Shown: in pieces, positions 1-10,483 of the stretch
Numbering within the stretch: position 1 is the first letter of the stretch
Layout: the number at the start of each line of letters is the position of its first letter
Sequence record: MW349128.1
DNA: 64,000 nucleotides
Strand: one strand, 5' to 3'
Program-made: the position numbers and the translations under genes
Notes under the pieces: generated by a model
Seen by the model: the letters and a program-made list of their open reading frames with translations, nothing else
Told to the model about the DNA's origin: nothing
Database searches by the model: none

Positions 1-74
1 ATAAAAAAATAAAAAACAGAAATAACTCATAACTTATAAAGTTTTTTATTACCAAGAGGGAGAGTGTCGGATAA

Positions 75-1697
75 TTGAGTAAATACTTAAGTAAAGTTAC
101 AAAGAACATCAACGAAGACATTAGCAAAAAAGAACCATTTAACGAAGACGTAATTTATTTCAGACAAAATGAAAGTTTAGAAAAAATCATCTCAGATATT
201 TATCGATCAGTAGAATTTATTAAAGGAATTAAATTCTTAGATTGTAAAGTTGTTTCACCAAGTCAGGTTTATGAATATAATCAAATGACAGATAAACAAC
301 TTAAATCTAAAGATTATAGAAAAATCAATGTTGAAGAATCTAAATTACTGGAAGTTCAAATTACAGTAGAATTTGAAGATTCAGAAGGTAATAAAGAAGA
401 ATATACACACAAATTAGATTTCCCTGAACTTATTGAAGGTCAATACTACTATATCAATAATAACAAATTTTTCCCAATTCTACAATTAGCTGATGCTGAA
501 TTTTATAAACCAAAAGCTAGTACTGTAGTAATGAAAAACTTATTACAACCACTATCAGTTAACGGATCTAAAAAAGACACTATTATGGATGACGATAATA
601 AGATGTCTAATTTCCAAAGAGGAAGAACTCTATATCTAGAAGTGTTCAATAAAAATAAGAGTGTTCCAGCATTTATGTTCTTTGTTGCAAAAATGGGATT
701 TGACGAAACATTTGAATTTTTAGAAATTAAAGACCATTGTGAAGTAATAGATATTAATGATGATAAAGAAGATAATTACTATTACTTTAAAATTAATAAT
801 AAACTTTCTTTAAAAGTTGAAAAAGAATGGTTAGATGTTGATGATCGTTATAGAAATTCTATGATCCTTTGTATTAAAGATTTATTCAAAGGAATGAGAG
901 CTGGATTAGATAAAATATACGATAGAGAATTCTGGTTAAAGGCTTTAGGTTCTATCTTCAGTGGTTCAACTAATATTGACACTAAAATAGATAAAGCGAA
1001 TTCAATGATACTTTCATTTGATCGTATATTAGATAGTCGTACTCAAGCTATATCACGATTAGAAAAAGAAGATAAAGAATCAACTTATCATGTGGTTAAA
1101 TACATGTTTAAGAACTTTGATAATCTTAACTTATTAGATAATACAGATTTAGCTAATAAACGATTAAGAGTATTAGAATACTTAACTTATCCACTGAATA
1201 GGAAAAATTCTGATACATCTTACCGTATGATTAACTTCTCAGATAAAAAACGTACTATTAAAAACCTTAAAGGTTTATTCTCAGGAGTACCTAGAGATTA
1301 TCTATTGAAAACTATTGGAACTTCTGATGGTATACGTTATTCTAATGCAGTTAATACAATTGATTTATTTACTAGAATTCTTAAAATGACTAAAGCAGGT
1401 CCACAATCAGCTGTAGACACTAGTAAACCATCTATTAGAACAATCAATATCAATAACACTTATTTCGGTAGAATTGATTTGATTGCTACTTCATCAAATA
1501 ATCCAGGTATTACTCGTACGTTAACTCCATTCTGTGAAGTTAAAGATCCTGGTGAGAATGGTTCATTCTATTTTGAAAATAAACCTAATATCAAAGAAAT
1601 TGAAGATATTGAAAATATTGATAAATTAGAGAAAGAAAATGATGATCAGGAAGTTGTTATGGACATTAAAGAAATTGTAGAAGAAGGAGAAGATTAA
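75..1697 (+). CDS. rpoB: Phage multisubunit (non-virion) RNA polymerase beta subunit, N-terminal part
   Basis: YYYINNNKFFPILQL and GRIDLIATSSNNPG correspond to the beta motifs G.FIING.ERV..QL and GRICPIETPEGPN. It resembles the AR9 nvRNAP beta-N subunit from memory. TTG start after a GAGGGAG RBS. Confidence 0.85.
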   Translation: MSKYLSKVTKNINEDISKKEPFNEDVIYFRQNESLEKIISDIYRSVEFIKGIKFLDCKVVSPSQVYEYNQMTDKQLKSKDYRKINVEESKLLEVQITVEFEDSEGNKEEYTHKLDFPELIEGQYYYINNNKFFPILQLADAEFYKPKASTVVMKNLLQPLSVNGSKKDTIMDDDNKMSNFQRGRTLYLEVFNKNKSVPAFMFFVAKMGFDETFEFLEIKDHCEVIDINDDKEDNYYYFKINNKLSLKVEKEWLDVDDRYRNSMILCIKDLFKGMRAGLDKIYDREFWLKALGSIFSGSTNIDTKIDKANSMILSFDRILDSRTQAISRLEKEDKESTYHVVKYMFKNFDNLNLLDNTDLANKRLRVLEYLTYPLNRKNSDTSYRMINFSDKKRTIKNLKGLFSGVPRDYLLKTIGTSDGIRYSNAVNTIDLFTRILKMTKAGPQSAVDTSKPSIRTININNTYFGRIDLIATSSNNPGITRTLTPFCEVKDPGENGSFYFENKPNIKEIEDIENIDKLEKENDDQEVVMDIKEIVEEGED

Positions 1698-1700
1698 GTT

Positions 1701-3373
1701 ATGGTTAGATTTTTACTCAAGAAAAAGGATTTAGAAAATGTTCCAGTTGTAACTAATCATGAATCAATTGATAAGAAAGGTGATTTCACTGAAGATGGTA
1801 TCTTCAGTGAGAAAATCTTTGGTCCTGATTCAGAAGCAGATAATATTACTAATGAAGCTATTGTAGATTTAGGTAATAATTATATTTTAAATCCGTTAGG
1901 TTATGAACGTGTTAAAAAATTAATTGGTAATAAAAGATTCCAAGAAATTATTAGTTCTGAAAAACCTATTGATGAAAATGGTAATGTAATTGAACCTGAA
2001 GATGATCATAACTCTTATATTGGTTTAATTGAATTTAGAAAGAATTTCTTAAAAATTCTTAAAGAAGAAGTTAAACGTGAAAAACGTAAAACTAAAGATT
2101 ACAATAGAGTAGTACAATGGTATTTATCTGATTTACTATTCCAAAATTATGTAACTGTATTTAGTCCTAAATTAAGACCTGCTACAGTTAATAAAGCTAC
2201 TAAAACTTTTAGACATTCTGAAATTAATAAAGATTATAATTTATTAATTGCTCATAGTAATAGTATTAAAGAACTTGATAGACATTATACAGATGATTCA
2301 GTAGAGTTACAAAAATTAAATCTATTAAGTAAAATTCAAGATGATAGTATTAATATTAGTGATCGTGTAATTAATGAGAATATTAAAGGTAAAGGTGGAA
2401 CTATTCGTAAATTACTAATGGGTAGTCGTGTTGGTTTTTCTGCACGTTCAGTAATTGTTCCAGCACCTGATCTTAAATTAAATGAAATTAGATTAAATTA
2501 TACTATTTTCTTAGAAGTTTATAAACCTATCTTAGCAAATTTAATGTATGTAACAGAAAATATTCCTTTAGCTAAAGGTGAAGAAATATTAGACAGAGCA
2601 CTAGATACATTTAATCCTAAAGTATATAAATATATGAGAGAACTAGTTGATAAAACTGAAAATGGAATGAGAGTTATTTTAAATAGGAATCCCAGTATTA
2701 GTGAAAGCTCAGTTCAAATATTGAAAATTAAAGATATTATTCAAGATATAGAATCATCAGTAGTAGGTATTAGTAATAATATACTTGCTGGTATGGGTTA
2801 TAAAGGTAGCCTTTCATTATAGTGATATAATGTCAAAAGAATTTTAATTGCTGAGAAGATTATTAAATTAATCAGCATCGATCAAAATGATTGTTCAACG
2901 ACTAAATAAATTCACTCACTAATATGAGTTTGATATAGTCTAATCTTCATAGAAAAATCTCTATGAAGTTAATATACATGGCCGATTAAATAATAGTCGC
3001 TTTAAATTGAGAGATTTATAGAAAAGAATATTAATTGCTGAGAAGATTATTAAATTAATCAGCATCAAGTTAATACAATTTGTTCAACGACTAAATATAT
3101 TCTACCTTAAATGGTAATGATATAGTCTCGTCTATATGATAATATTTATATAGATTAAGATAAACGTATGATGGTGATACTTTAAATATTATAGCACTAT
3201 TTTCAGAAGAACAATACGAACAGTTAAAAGTTCAAGATCCAGTAAATCAATTAATTTCATATAATGATGGATTATTTAATAGAACTTACTCGCTTAATAA
3301 AGACTCACAAATAGCTGTTTATTTACTAAATAACCCTAAATCAAAAAATGTAGGTATTAAAGCTAGTGAATAA
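1701..3373 (+). CDS. rpoC: Non-virion RNA polymerase beta' subunit, N-terminal catalytic part. Spliced: join(1701..2798,2981..2986,3167..3373), 436 aa
   Basis: Motifs EDGIFSEKIFGP, LMGSRVGFSARSVIVP and LNRNPSI are present. Removing two group I introns restores ATG GGT GCC GAT TAT GAT GGT GAT = MGADYDGD (the NADFDGD motif) followed by TLNII...LLNN. Confidence 0.9.
2799..2980 (+). ncRNA. Group I mini-intron R1 (182 nt, no ORF) in RNAP beta'
   Basis: P1 GGU/UAU pairs with GUAGCC, with U-G at the splice site. Core motifs: ttaattgctgagaa (P), aatcagcat (Q), gttcaacgacta (R), gatatagtc (S). P3 gaattt/aaattc. Ends ...tacatG. Confidence 0.9.
2981..2986 (+). other. 6-nt micro-exon GCCGAT (Ala-Asp of the RNAP catalytic ADYDGD motif)
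   Basis: It lies between the terminal G of R1 and the P1 splice site of R2, and it supplies exactly the two missing motif residues in frame. Confidence 0.85.
2987..3166 (+). ncRNA. Group I mini-intron R2 (180 nt, no ORF) in RNAP beta'
   Basis: P1 CGAU/UA pairs with UAGUCG. P, Q, R and S motifs are present. P3 gaatat/atattc. Ends ...taaacG before TAT GAT GGT GAT. Confidence 0.9.
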
Positions 3374-3381
3374 GTAATTTT

Positions 3382-3408
3382 AATGGATAATCTTTATGAT
3401 TATCCATT
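3382..3408 (+). terminator. Probable intrinsic terminator after rpoC-like gene
   Basis: Stem aatggataatc/gattatccatt followed by a T-rich tract. Confidence 0.6.
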
Positions 3409-3444
3409 CTTATTATACTTTATAAATATGGAGGATTTTATAGA

Positions 3445-4020
3445 ATGATAAAATATAAAACGAATAATGAAAAGAATTTAATCGATATGGCTGAAAAATC
3501 GTTAGATATATTTTATGAAGAAATTTATAAAGAATTACTTAAGATTGATCAGGATTATATTAATCAAGATATTATTAATGATATTATAAAAGAATCTAAC
3601 ATTTTTAAAGATAATTCTAAAAAACATATTAAAAAGATTGTTAACAATGATATTAATAAAGTTGTAAGTGTAACTTTAACTACAACACATTATGAAATAT
3701 CTAGATTTTTATGTAATACTTTTGCTGAAAGACTTAATATGGTTTTAAATGCTTTATATAGAGTTAATAAAGGAACTTTAGGACATAAATATGAAAATGA
3801 ATCATTAGGAATAAGTGGTACTTATGATATAACTGATGGAATTAATACGTGGAAAAACGAATTAATTTCAGAAATATATAATACAACTAATTTCTTAGAA
3901 AATGTCATTAAAAGTAGAATTAGAAAATATATTAGAAGTAATTTTAATTATAAAAAATTAGATAATACTGGTGCTTATACATTTAACAATAATATTTTTA
4001 TTGATAGACTATTAAATTGA
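3445..4020 (+). CDS. Hypothetical protein
   Basis: 191-aa ORF with GGAGG RBS. Confidence 0.7.
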   Translation: MIKYKTNNEKNLIDMAEKSLDIFYEEIYKELLKIDQDYINQDIINDIIKESNIFKDNSKKHIKKIVNNDINKVVSVTLTTTHYEISRFLCNTFAERLNMVLNALYRVNKGTLGHKYENESLGISGTYDITDGINTWKNELISEIYNTTNFLENVIKSRIRKYIRSNFNYKKLDNTGAYTFNNNIFIDRLLN

Positions 4021-4668
4021 ATGGAGAAATGCGACATGAATAAACGACAAAGAAAAAAGTTAGAAAAAGAAATTAAATTAGAAAACTCAAATAACGAAAA
4101 AATTATAGATTTGCCAAAAAATAATATTAAAAAGGATGATTCAAAAATGACTAAAAAACAAACAACTACTAAAGGTACACCAAAATTAACTAAAGAACAA
4201 GTTCACTTTATTGCTGGTTTAATCGATAAAGGACATGGTAATACTTACATTTTAAAAGAATTCAAAGAGAAATATGGAATTGAAAGAAAAACTCACACTA
4301 TTACTCATATTCGTAGAGCTGAATATTTTGGACATTTAACTGAAGATTATAGATTTGCTAAAGAAGGATATCCTACATTTAACGAATATAAGAAAATTTT
4401 ACGTGGAGACGATGTTAAACCAAGTAAAGTAGAATTAGCTGTAGAAACTGTAGTTGAATCACCTACAGTAGAGAAAACAAAAGAAGCTGCAGAAGGTCTT
4501 AAAAATAAAACAGAAGAAAAAGCTAAAGATATTAAATCTAAAATGCAAAATGTTCAAAAAGATCCTGAAACTGGTAAAGAATATCGTGATAATGTAGATA
4601 TTAAAAAAGCAGGAAAACAAGAATCTATCTTTGATAAGATTGTTCGAAAAATTATTAATCTATTATAA
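4021..4668 (+). CDS. Hypothetical protein, possible helix-turn-helix DNA-binding domain
   Basis: KLTKEQVHFIAGLI...EKYGIERKTHTITHIRR resembles phage HTH segments. The remainder is Lys/Glu-rich. Confidence 0.55.
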   Translation: MEKCDMNKRQRKKLEKEIKLENSNNEKIIDLPKNNIKKDDSKMTKKQTTTKGTPKLTKEQVHFIAGLIDKGHGNTYILKEFKEKYGIERKTHTITHIRRAEYFGHLTEDYRFAKEGYPTFNEYKKILRGDDVKPSKVELAVETVVESPTVEKTKEAAEGLKNKTEEKAKDIKSKMQNVQKDPETGKEYRDNVDIKKAGKQESIFDKIVRKIINLL

Positions 4669-4682
4669 TATAAAAGAAAGAA

Positions 4683-5744
4683 GTGTTAATCTACATGAGT
4701 AAATACGATTTAACTTTATACCATCATTTAAAACAGAATGTTAATCCATGTAGATTAACTTCTTCTCAAGATGAAACAATGGTTAGATGTCCATTTTGTG
4801 GTGATTCTAAAAAATCTAATAAATCAACACATATGTATATTCAAAATAATACACCATTTAAATATTTCTGTCAGAGATGTAATGCTTCAGGAGTTATGAA
4901 TAGTAAAGTATTAGAAATGCTAAACTCTAATCAAGCTGATATTGGTAGTTATATTAATAGTGAATATAATAATTATTTATCTAACTTAAATAGAAAATAC
5001 GGTAAAAGTTTTATAGATAGAAATACTAAAATATTAGATTACTATCCAGATCAATATAATGAATTAGAAATAGGAAAAATTAATTATATCAATGAAAGAT
5101 TAGGAATTAATATTAGTGAATCAGATATTGATTTATATAAACTGATATTAAATATAAATGATTTCTATAGAAAAAATAATTTTGATATGGACAATACGCT
5201 TCAAATAAATACATTAAATCAAAATTATTTTAGTTATATGTTAAATGATAGAAACACTATAAATTGTAGAAAAATGTTTAATGAAGTTACTGGTAGAAAA
5301 CACTTTAAACAAAAGATATTTAAAAATCTAGCAGAAGAAAGTAATAGATTTTATTCAATCACGAATAATTTGGCATTGGATCAAAATGTGTATAACATTC
5401 ATATAGCAGAAGGTTTCTTTGACATTATATCTATATTTAATCATATTCATAATAGGGAGATAAATGACAATGATTTATTTATAGCTAATAATGGAAAAGG
5501 ATATAAATTTGTATTTGATTATTTAAGTAAATTAGGTTTACTTAATATGAATATAAATATTTATTCAGATAAAGATGTTAAATTATCAGATTATAAAAGT
5601 TATAGAATGTTGGGCAATTCAATTGCAGTTAAACTTAATGATGCTAATATTTATTACAATTTACATGAAGAAGAAAAAGACTTTGGAGTTCCTAAAGAAA
5701 GAATTAAATTATCAGATCCAATATTATTTAGTAGTATTAAATAA
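4683..5744 (+). CDS. DNA primase (Zn finger plus TOPRIM)
   Basis: N-terminal CPFCGDS...YFCQRC zinc-binding motif. TOPRIM-like IAEGFFDIISI and YSDKD. Confidence 0.8.
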   Translation: MLIYMSKYDLTLYHHLKQNVNPCRLTSSQDETMVRCPFCGDSKKSNKSTHMYIQNNTPFKYFCQRCNASGVMNSKVLEMLNSNQADIGSYINSEYNNYLSNLNRKYGKSFIDRNTKILDYYPDQYNELEIGKINYINERLGINISESDIDLYKLILNINDFYRKNNFDMDNTLQINTLNQNYFSYMLNDRNTINCRKMFNEVTGRKHFKQKIFKNLAEESNRFYSITNNLALDQNVYNIHIAEGFFDIISIFNHIHNREINDNDLFIANNGKGYKFVFDYLSKLGLLNMNINIYSDKDVKLSDYKSYRMLGNSIAVKLNDANIYYNLHEEEKDFGVPKERIKLSDPILFSSIK

Positions 5745-5750
5745 GAAATA

Positions 5751-5763
5751 AATATATATTATA
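5751..5763 (+). promoter_or_regulatory. Putative early promoter motif (A)TATATATTATA. Other copies near 7783, 8791, 10131, 14658, 18222, 19461, 21987 (variant), 62328 (variant) and 43833 (minus strand)
   Basis: The same motif is repeated upstream of accessory gene blocks, usually followed by a hairpin and an RBS. It resembles the TATATTAC-type early promoters of phiKZ-related phages. Confidence 0.65.
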
Positions 5764-5816
5764 AATAGGTAATGAGCAAATATTATAACGCTCATTACCT
5801 ATATTAAATTATTAAA

Positions 5817-6344
5817 ATGGAGAGTGAAATGGATATGTCAAACAAACAAGAAATTTTTACATTTGAAGAAATATTTAAAGAATTAACGGATTTTCAAACA
5901 AGTAGTAAATTGGAAGAATTTCCTAATAAGAATATTTTAAAAGGTATATTAGAGAATATCAGTAATAAGAGAGATTTAGAAAATAATAAAATGTATATAA
6001 GTATCAATATTAATAATTCACTAAAAGAATTAAAGAACATTGAAGATAATATAATTGATATCTTCAAAGATAATGAAGTTAATGAAACTGATAAAGAGAA
6101 TATCAGTACTTTATTAAAAACATCAAGTGATATTAAAACAAATATTAATAAAGATGATTATAAATCAGTATTAATATTAGAAACATCTTTAGATGAAATT
6201 ATTAATAAAATTAATAAAGATGAATTTAATAATAAAGATCTTAAAGAACTTTATGTATCAACTTATAATAATTTATCAGTAACATTAATGTCATATAAAT
6301 TACTTAAATTAATAGACGGATTTGACAAAATTAAAAACGGATAA
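5817..6344 (+). CDS. Hypothetical protein
   Basis: 175-aa ORF after an early promoter. Confidence 0.7.
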   Translation: MESEMDMSNKQEIFTFEEIFKELTDFQTSSKLEEFPNKNILKGILENISNKRDLENNKMYISININNSLKELKNIEDNIIDIFKDNEVNETDKENISTLLKTSSDIKTNINKDDYKSVLILETSLDEIINKINKDEFNNKDLKELYVSTYNNLSVTLMSYKLLKLIDGFDKIKNG

Positions 6345-6358
6345 GGGTGAAATGAATT

Positions 6359-6976
6359 ATGAAAAATAAATTTCTAATATTTCAAGATAAAGACAATAAT
6401 AATTATTTATTATTGTCTAATTTTGAATTTAATAAAAAGGTTAAACCAGATTACACGCATGATATAAAAGATATTAATGAAGTTGTTAAATTCAATAAAA
6501 AAGGAAAAAATCAATTTAAAATGAGATTTGATTTCCATACAGGTCATATCGTTAGATTTAATGAATTTTACAATTATCTAGATAATATTGATAAAGACTT
6601 TAAAAATTCAAATGCTAAAATTATTGATAATATTATGAATTCTGATTTAAAATCAGTTGATAAAGTTAATATTATTTATACAGGAAATAAAACAGAAGAT
6701 AATGAAATAATTAAGACTAACTTATACTTTATTATACCTGTTGATATTGATACCATTGAATTAAACGAACATATTTCTAAAATAGATACTACTCTTATGA
6801 ATAAACGTTTAAATGATGTTTTTAAATCAGAGACGGTGAATCAGAAAATTCTTAATCTTAAACCAAGCGTAACAGAGATTAATATACTATCTAAACAGAG
6901 TAAAATTATAGATGAATATTTTAAAGATATTGATCAAGAATATAATTTTATTAATGAATTTAGTAAATCAGAATAG
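6359..6976 (+). CDS. Hypothetical protein
   Basis: 205-aa ORF with RBS. Confidence 0.7.
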   Translation: MKNKFLIFQDKDNNNYLLLSNFEFNKKVKPDYTHDIKDINEVVKFNKKGKNQFKMRFDFHTGHIVRFNEFYNYLDNIDKDFKNSNAKIIDNIMNSDLKSVDKVNIIYTGNKTEDNEIIKTNLYFIIPVDIDTIELNEHISKIDTTLMNKRLNDVFKSETVNQKILNLKPSVTEINILSKQSKIIDEYFKDIDQEYNFINEFSKSE

Positions 6977-6995
6977 AAAGAATGTGTTTTAAATT

Positions 6996-7721
6996 ATGAT
7001 GGATTTAATAAATAAATTAAATTTTATATCATTGATATTAAATATACCTTTCTTATTAATATCAATATATATTACATTTTATTTTTATACCTATAAGAAT
7101 ATAAAAGATAAAAAGAATAGTATATATGATATTGCTCCAGTTTCTTTTACAGTTTATTTAAGTTTATTATTAATAATATTTTTACAAATTATAATTGATG
7201 ATATATCTTCATATGGAAATTTAATATGGAATTGGAGCATTTTAATCGTAATATTAAGTGCAATAATTATTAATATATTATTAGATTTAGCATTTGTTGG
7301 TTTTATTAAAATGAAAAGTATTTTAAGAATATTTATTGTTGCTAATATATTTTTATTTGGTTTATTAATATCCGATTCTTCTATATTAAATTCAGTATTT
7401 ATGTTTTTTATAATGATATTACTTATAATAACGGTATTACATTATTCTTCAGATTATGGAATATATAAAGATAAAAGTATGAGAGTTACTTTTGCCTCAT
7501 TCTTTTCTTTATTTCCATTAATATTTTCAATACTAATTTTAAATATGAATACAATAAATTTTGAATTATCGCATTACAATATTAATAATAATGTCAATGA
7601 AAAATATATAATTATATCAATTCAAATATTATTATTACTATGGAATATGGTTGTAATTATATTTAAAGGTTTCAATATTAATATTTACACAGTAATAAAA
7701 GAATTAATAAAATTGAGGTAA
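6996..7721 (+). CDS. Polytopic membrane protein
   Basis: About 7 hydrophobic segments. Confidence 0.7.
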   Translation: MMDLINKLNFISLILNIPFLLISIYITFYFYTYKNIKDKKNSIYDIAPVSFTVYLSLLLIIFLQIIIDDISSYGNLIWNWSILIVILSAIIINILLDLAFVGFIKMKSILRIFIVANIFLFGLLISDSSILNSVFMFFIMILLIITVLHYSSDYGIYKDKSMRVTFASFFSLFPLIFSILILNMNTINFELSHYNINNNVNEKYIIISIQILLLLWNMVVIIFKGFNINIYTVIKELIKLR

Positions 7722-7761
7722 TGATCATTAATTTGATCATTACCTCTAATATTTTTTTTTT
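7702..7761 (+). repeat. About 60-bp terminator cassette, copy 1 (inverted copy at 42931..42990)
   Basis: Hairpin gaggtaatgatca-ttaatt-tgatcattacctc (7715..7746) plus a T tract. Its reverse complement matches 42931..42990. Confidence 0.8.
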
Positions 7762-7855
7762 TTCGTAATTATCATTTATTTAAATATATATTATAATAAT
7801 GAAGATATATAATATATAATGATATATCTTAAATAAATAAAAAGGAGATGAATTA

Positions 7856-8098
7856 ATGTTTATATTAGATATAATAATTGCTTTATTATATTATACGTTA
7901 ATACCAGTAGCGATAGCTTTTGGATCTTTTGAAATTTCTAAATATTTATCTACTTATTTAGAGAATTATATATTTAAAAGAAAATTAAGCTTAAGGACAA
8001 AACTTATATTAGCAATATCACTTGTAATGTTAACATCAATAGTAAAATCAATAGTTGAAATGCGAGTACATGTTGTATCTAGTTTTCTAGGTCTATAA
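7856..8098 (+). CDS. Small membrane protein
   Basis: 80 aa, two hydrophobic segments, AGGAG RBS. Confidence 0.65.
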   Translation: MFILDIIIALLYYTLIPVAIAFGSFEISKYLSTYLENYIFKRKLSLRTKLILAISLVMLTSIVKSIVEMRVHVVSSFLGL

Positions 8099-8116
8099 TT
8101 TTCTATGATCCAACAA
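8088..8116 (+). repeat. Repeated element taggtctataattttctatgatccaacaa (copies 8088, 9086, 10539; partial 11696)
   Basis: Identical 29-mer in three intergenic or gene-end positions, each just upstream of an RBS. Confidence 0.85.
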
Positions 8117-8144
8117 AAAATAAGAATTAACGGAGGAATTTATT

Positions 8145-8774
8145 ATGATAAAAGTAAATAAAAAAGTTAAAAAGGGTTTATTCAATAATGGCATTAAAAT
8201 TAAAACAGAAAATACTTATACAAAAGTAATTAATGAATATACAGATATTCTAAATGATACGATTAATGATGAAGATCTTAAAAATAATGTAGTTTTTAAA
8301 GATAGTCTTAAATTTATCATTTATTATGTAGGAAAGCTTAGAGAAGATGCTTTATTACAAAATCAAGATAATGAAACTAAATTAGATATTTTTGAATTAT
8401 CTAAGGATTTAAAATATTTTAAATCTATTCTTGATAGTAAATTATTTGACTCTAAATTGATACTTCAATCAACAGGTTTTAAATTAACAAATGGAAACTC
8501 ATATTCAATGATAATAAAAAGTATTAAAAATTTATTAGATGAATTGATAAAAACAATCAATGATAAAGATAATAAAATAATTTACGAAAATGCTTATCAT
8601 TATCTTAATGAATTAAATATCTTCTTAGAAAATAAAACAAATATTGAAAAGGAGATACGAGTAAATAAATATGACATATTAGAATTTATACCAAATAATG
8701 AAAATATAGATAAAGATGAATTTTATATTATGGTTAACCATTTATATGATTTAGGTGTTTTAGAAAAAGCGTAA
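8145..8774 (+). CDS. Hypothetical protein
   Basis: 209-aa ORF with GGAGG RBS. Confidence 0.7.
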   Translation: MIKVNKKVKKGLFNNGIKIKTENTYTKVINEYTDILNDTINDEDLKNNVVFKDSLKFIIYYVGKLREDALLQNQDNETKLDIFELSKDLKYFKSILDSKLFDSKLILQSTGFKLTNGNSYSMIIKSIKNLLDELIKTINDKDNKIIYENAYHYLNELNIFLENKTNIEKEIRVNKYDILEFIPNNENIDKDEFYIMVNHLYDLGVLEKA

Positions 8775-8860
8775 TGTATACTAAAATAAGTATATATTAT
8801 AATAATGAAGAAAGATAAAATATTAATATCTTTCTAATAAAAATTAAAGGAGAAATTATT

Positions 8861-9028
8861 ATGAAAAACTTAGTATTAAAAACATTAGTGGGATTTGGAG
8901 TAGGAATCGTATTAGGAGTAATTAACAATAAGATTGACGAATTAATTATGCAAAAGGAAATGGAAAAACAAGTTCTTAAAAGAGCTTCAGAAATAACGTT
9001 TGAACATCCGTTTTCTAATTTAGGATAG
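8861..9028 (+). CDS. Small membrane-anchored protein (55 aa), paralogue of 10201..10368; missing from the ORF track
   Basis: MKNLVLKTLVGFGVGIVLG...MQKEMEKQVLKRASEITFEHPFSNLG, with AGGAG RBS. Confidence 0.75.
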   Translation: MKNLVLKTLVGFGVGIVLGVINNKIDELIMQKEMEKQVLKRASEITFEHPFSNLG

Positions 9029-9134
9029 AGGAGGAAAGAGGATAACTGTTTTAAAGACTTAATGAATATAATGTATCAAGTTCATTAGGTCTATAATTTT
9101 CTATGATCCAACAATAAAAAGGAGCTAAAAATCA

Positions 9135-9443
9135 ATGAATAACAAAAATAAATTAGTAGAGTTAAGAAAAGAATTAAAAACTGTATATTCAAATATAGGA
9201 ATAAACAGATCATTCACTATAAGAGAAAGACTTCATAAAGAAAAAGAAAGATTAATTAAAGAAATTAATGAACTAGAAAAAGATGAAAAAACTTTCGATA
9301 GAGAAAAACATATAGCGAGAGTTAAAGATCAGAATAATGATAATATTTACAAAGGATCAGATGAATTTTCTAAAGCAGGTAGACTTCATAGAAAATATCA
9401 GAAACAAGAGAAACACGCAATTTTCAATAATTCAGAACAATAA
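9135..9443 (+). CDS. Hypothetical protein, paralogue of 10772..11077
   Basis: Shared KAGRLH motif and N-terminal coiled coil. Confidence 0.7.
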   Translation: MNNKNKLVELRKELKTVYSNIGINRSFTIRERLHKEKERLIKEINELEKDEKTFDREKHIARVKDQNNDNIYKGSDEFSKAGRLHRKYQKQEKHAIFNNSEQ

Positions 9444-9456
9444 AGGAGAAATAATT

Positions 9457-10104
9457 ATGTTAAAAATAAATAAAAGTAATTTAAAAGAGTCAAATTTAGA
9501 ATTTTCAGGAATTAAAGATTCATATCAAAAAGCTATAGATTATATTGATTTAGCATTTTTAGGAGATCAAAAGCATATAGTTAAAGGAAATGAATTTGTT
9601 AAGTTATTTTTAGAAAAAGAAAAAGAATTAAATACTGAAAAATATAATGGAAAATTAAGTAGATTAGATGTAATTTCAGTTAATGATTCTTTGAAATTCT
9701 TAATGAGAATCATGAATAATGAAATTCTAAATCCTAGAAATATTGTAGAAGAGAATACAATATCTTTATTAAACAAAGAAGATTGGAAATTAACTCATAA
9801 ACATATTATAAGATTATGTAATCAAATTATCCAACTTAATAATGAAGAACCTGAACAACAAAATGGTCTATATTATTTTTACATTATACAAAAAACTTTA
9901 AAAAATAACGAAATAGAAAATGTTAATAACATTGAAGATCTTAGAGAATTAATTATCGAGCTAGTCTATATGGATATTGATATTGAATATTTTGAAGATA
10001 AAAATTATGTAACATGGGATAATGTATTAATAGAAGAATATTTTGGAAGAGATATTGATATTATTGTAGATCAATTAATTAATAGTAAATCAGTTGAATT
10101 TTAA
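9457..10104 (+). CDS. Hypothetical protein (start moved from 9337 to the RBS-supported ATG)
   Basis: AAAGGAG RBS precedes ATG at 9457. Confidence 0.65.
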   Translation: MLKINKSNLKESNLEFSGIKDSYQKAIDYIDLAFLGDQKHIVKGNEFVKLFLEKEKELNTEKYNGKLSRLDVISVNDSLKFLMRIMNNEILNPRNIVEENTISLLNKEDWKLTHKHIIRLCNQIIQLNNEEPEQQNGLYYFYIIQKTLKNNEIENVNNIEDLRELIIELVYMDIDIEYFEDKNYVTWDNVLIEEYFGRDIDIIVDQLINSKSVEF

Positions 10105-10200
10105 AAAGCGTAACGTATAATAAAATAAGCATATATTATAATTATGAAGAAAGAGTTAATGATAATCTCTTTCTTCATAAAATTAATGGAGGAATATATT

Positions 10201-10368
10201 ATGACAAAATTATTATTGAAATTATTAGCAGGATTTGGATTAGGAATTGTGATGGGAGTTGTTTTAGACAAGATTGAAGAAATGTCTATGCAAAAAGAAA
10301 TGGAAAAACAAGTTTTTAAAAGAGCTTCAGAAATAACTTTTGAACATCCGTTCGCTAAATTAAAATAA
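10201..10368 (+). CDS. Small membrane-anchored protein (55 aa), paralogue of 8861..9028
   Basis: MTKLLLKLLAGFGLGIVMG...MQKEMEKQVFKRASEITFEHPFAKLK, with GGAGG RBS. Confidence 0.75.
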   Translation: MTKLLLKLLAGFGLGIVMGVVLDKIEEMSMQKEMEKQVFKRASEITFEHPFAKLK

Positions 10369-10384
10369 AAAAGGAGGAAACATT

Positions 10385-10483
10385 ATGAAAATCACTATCA
10401 TTAATAAACAGAATGAAAAATCTTCTTATAGAATTAGTCTTAAAACTATTCTATTTGAAAGAAAATTAATTAAGAAATTATAA
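10385..10483 (+). CDS. Small hypothetical protein (32 aa)
   Basis: Strong AGGAGG RBS. MKITIINKQNEKSSYRISLKTILFERKLIKKL. Confidence 0.5.
   Translation: MKITIINKQNEKSSYRISLKTILFERKLIKKL

Noticed and set aside
2799-3166. Frameshift, stop readthrough or alternative genetic code as the explanation for the split RNAP, protease and terminase ORFs
   Set aside because: The gaps contain full group I core motifs and target-specific P1 helices, and their removal restores conserved motifs exactly. Other genes end normally at all three stop codons.
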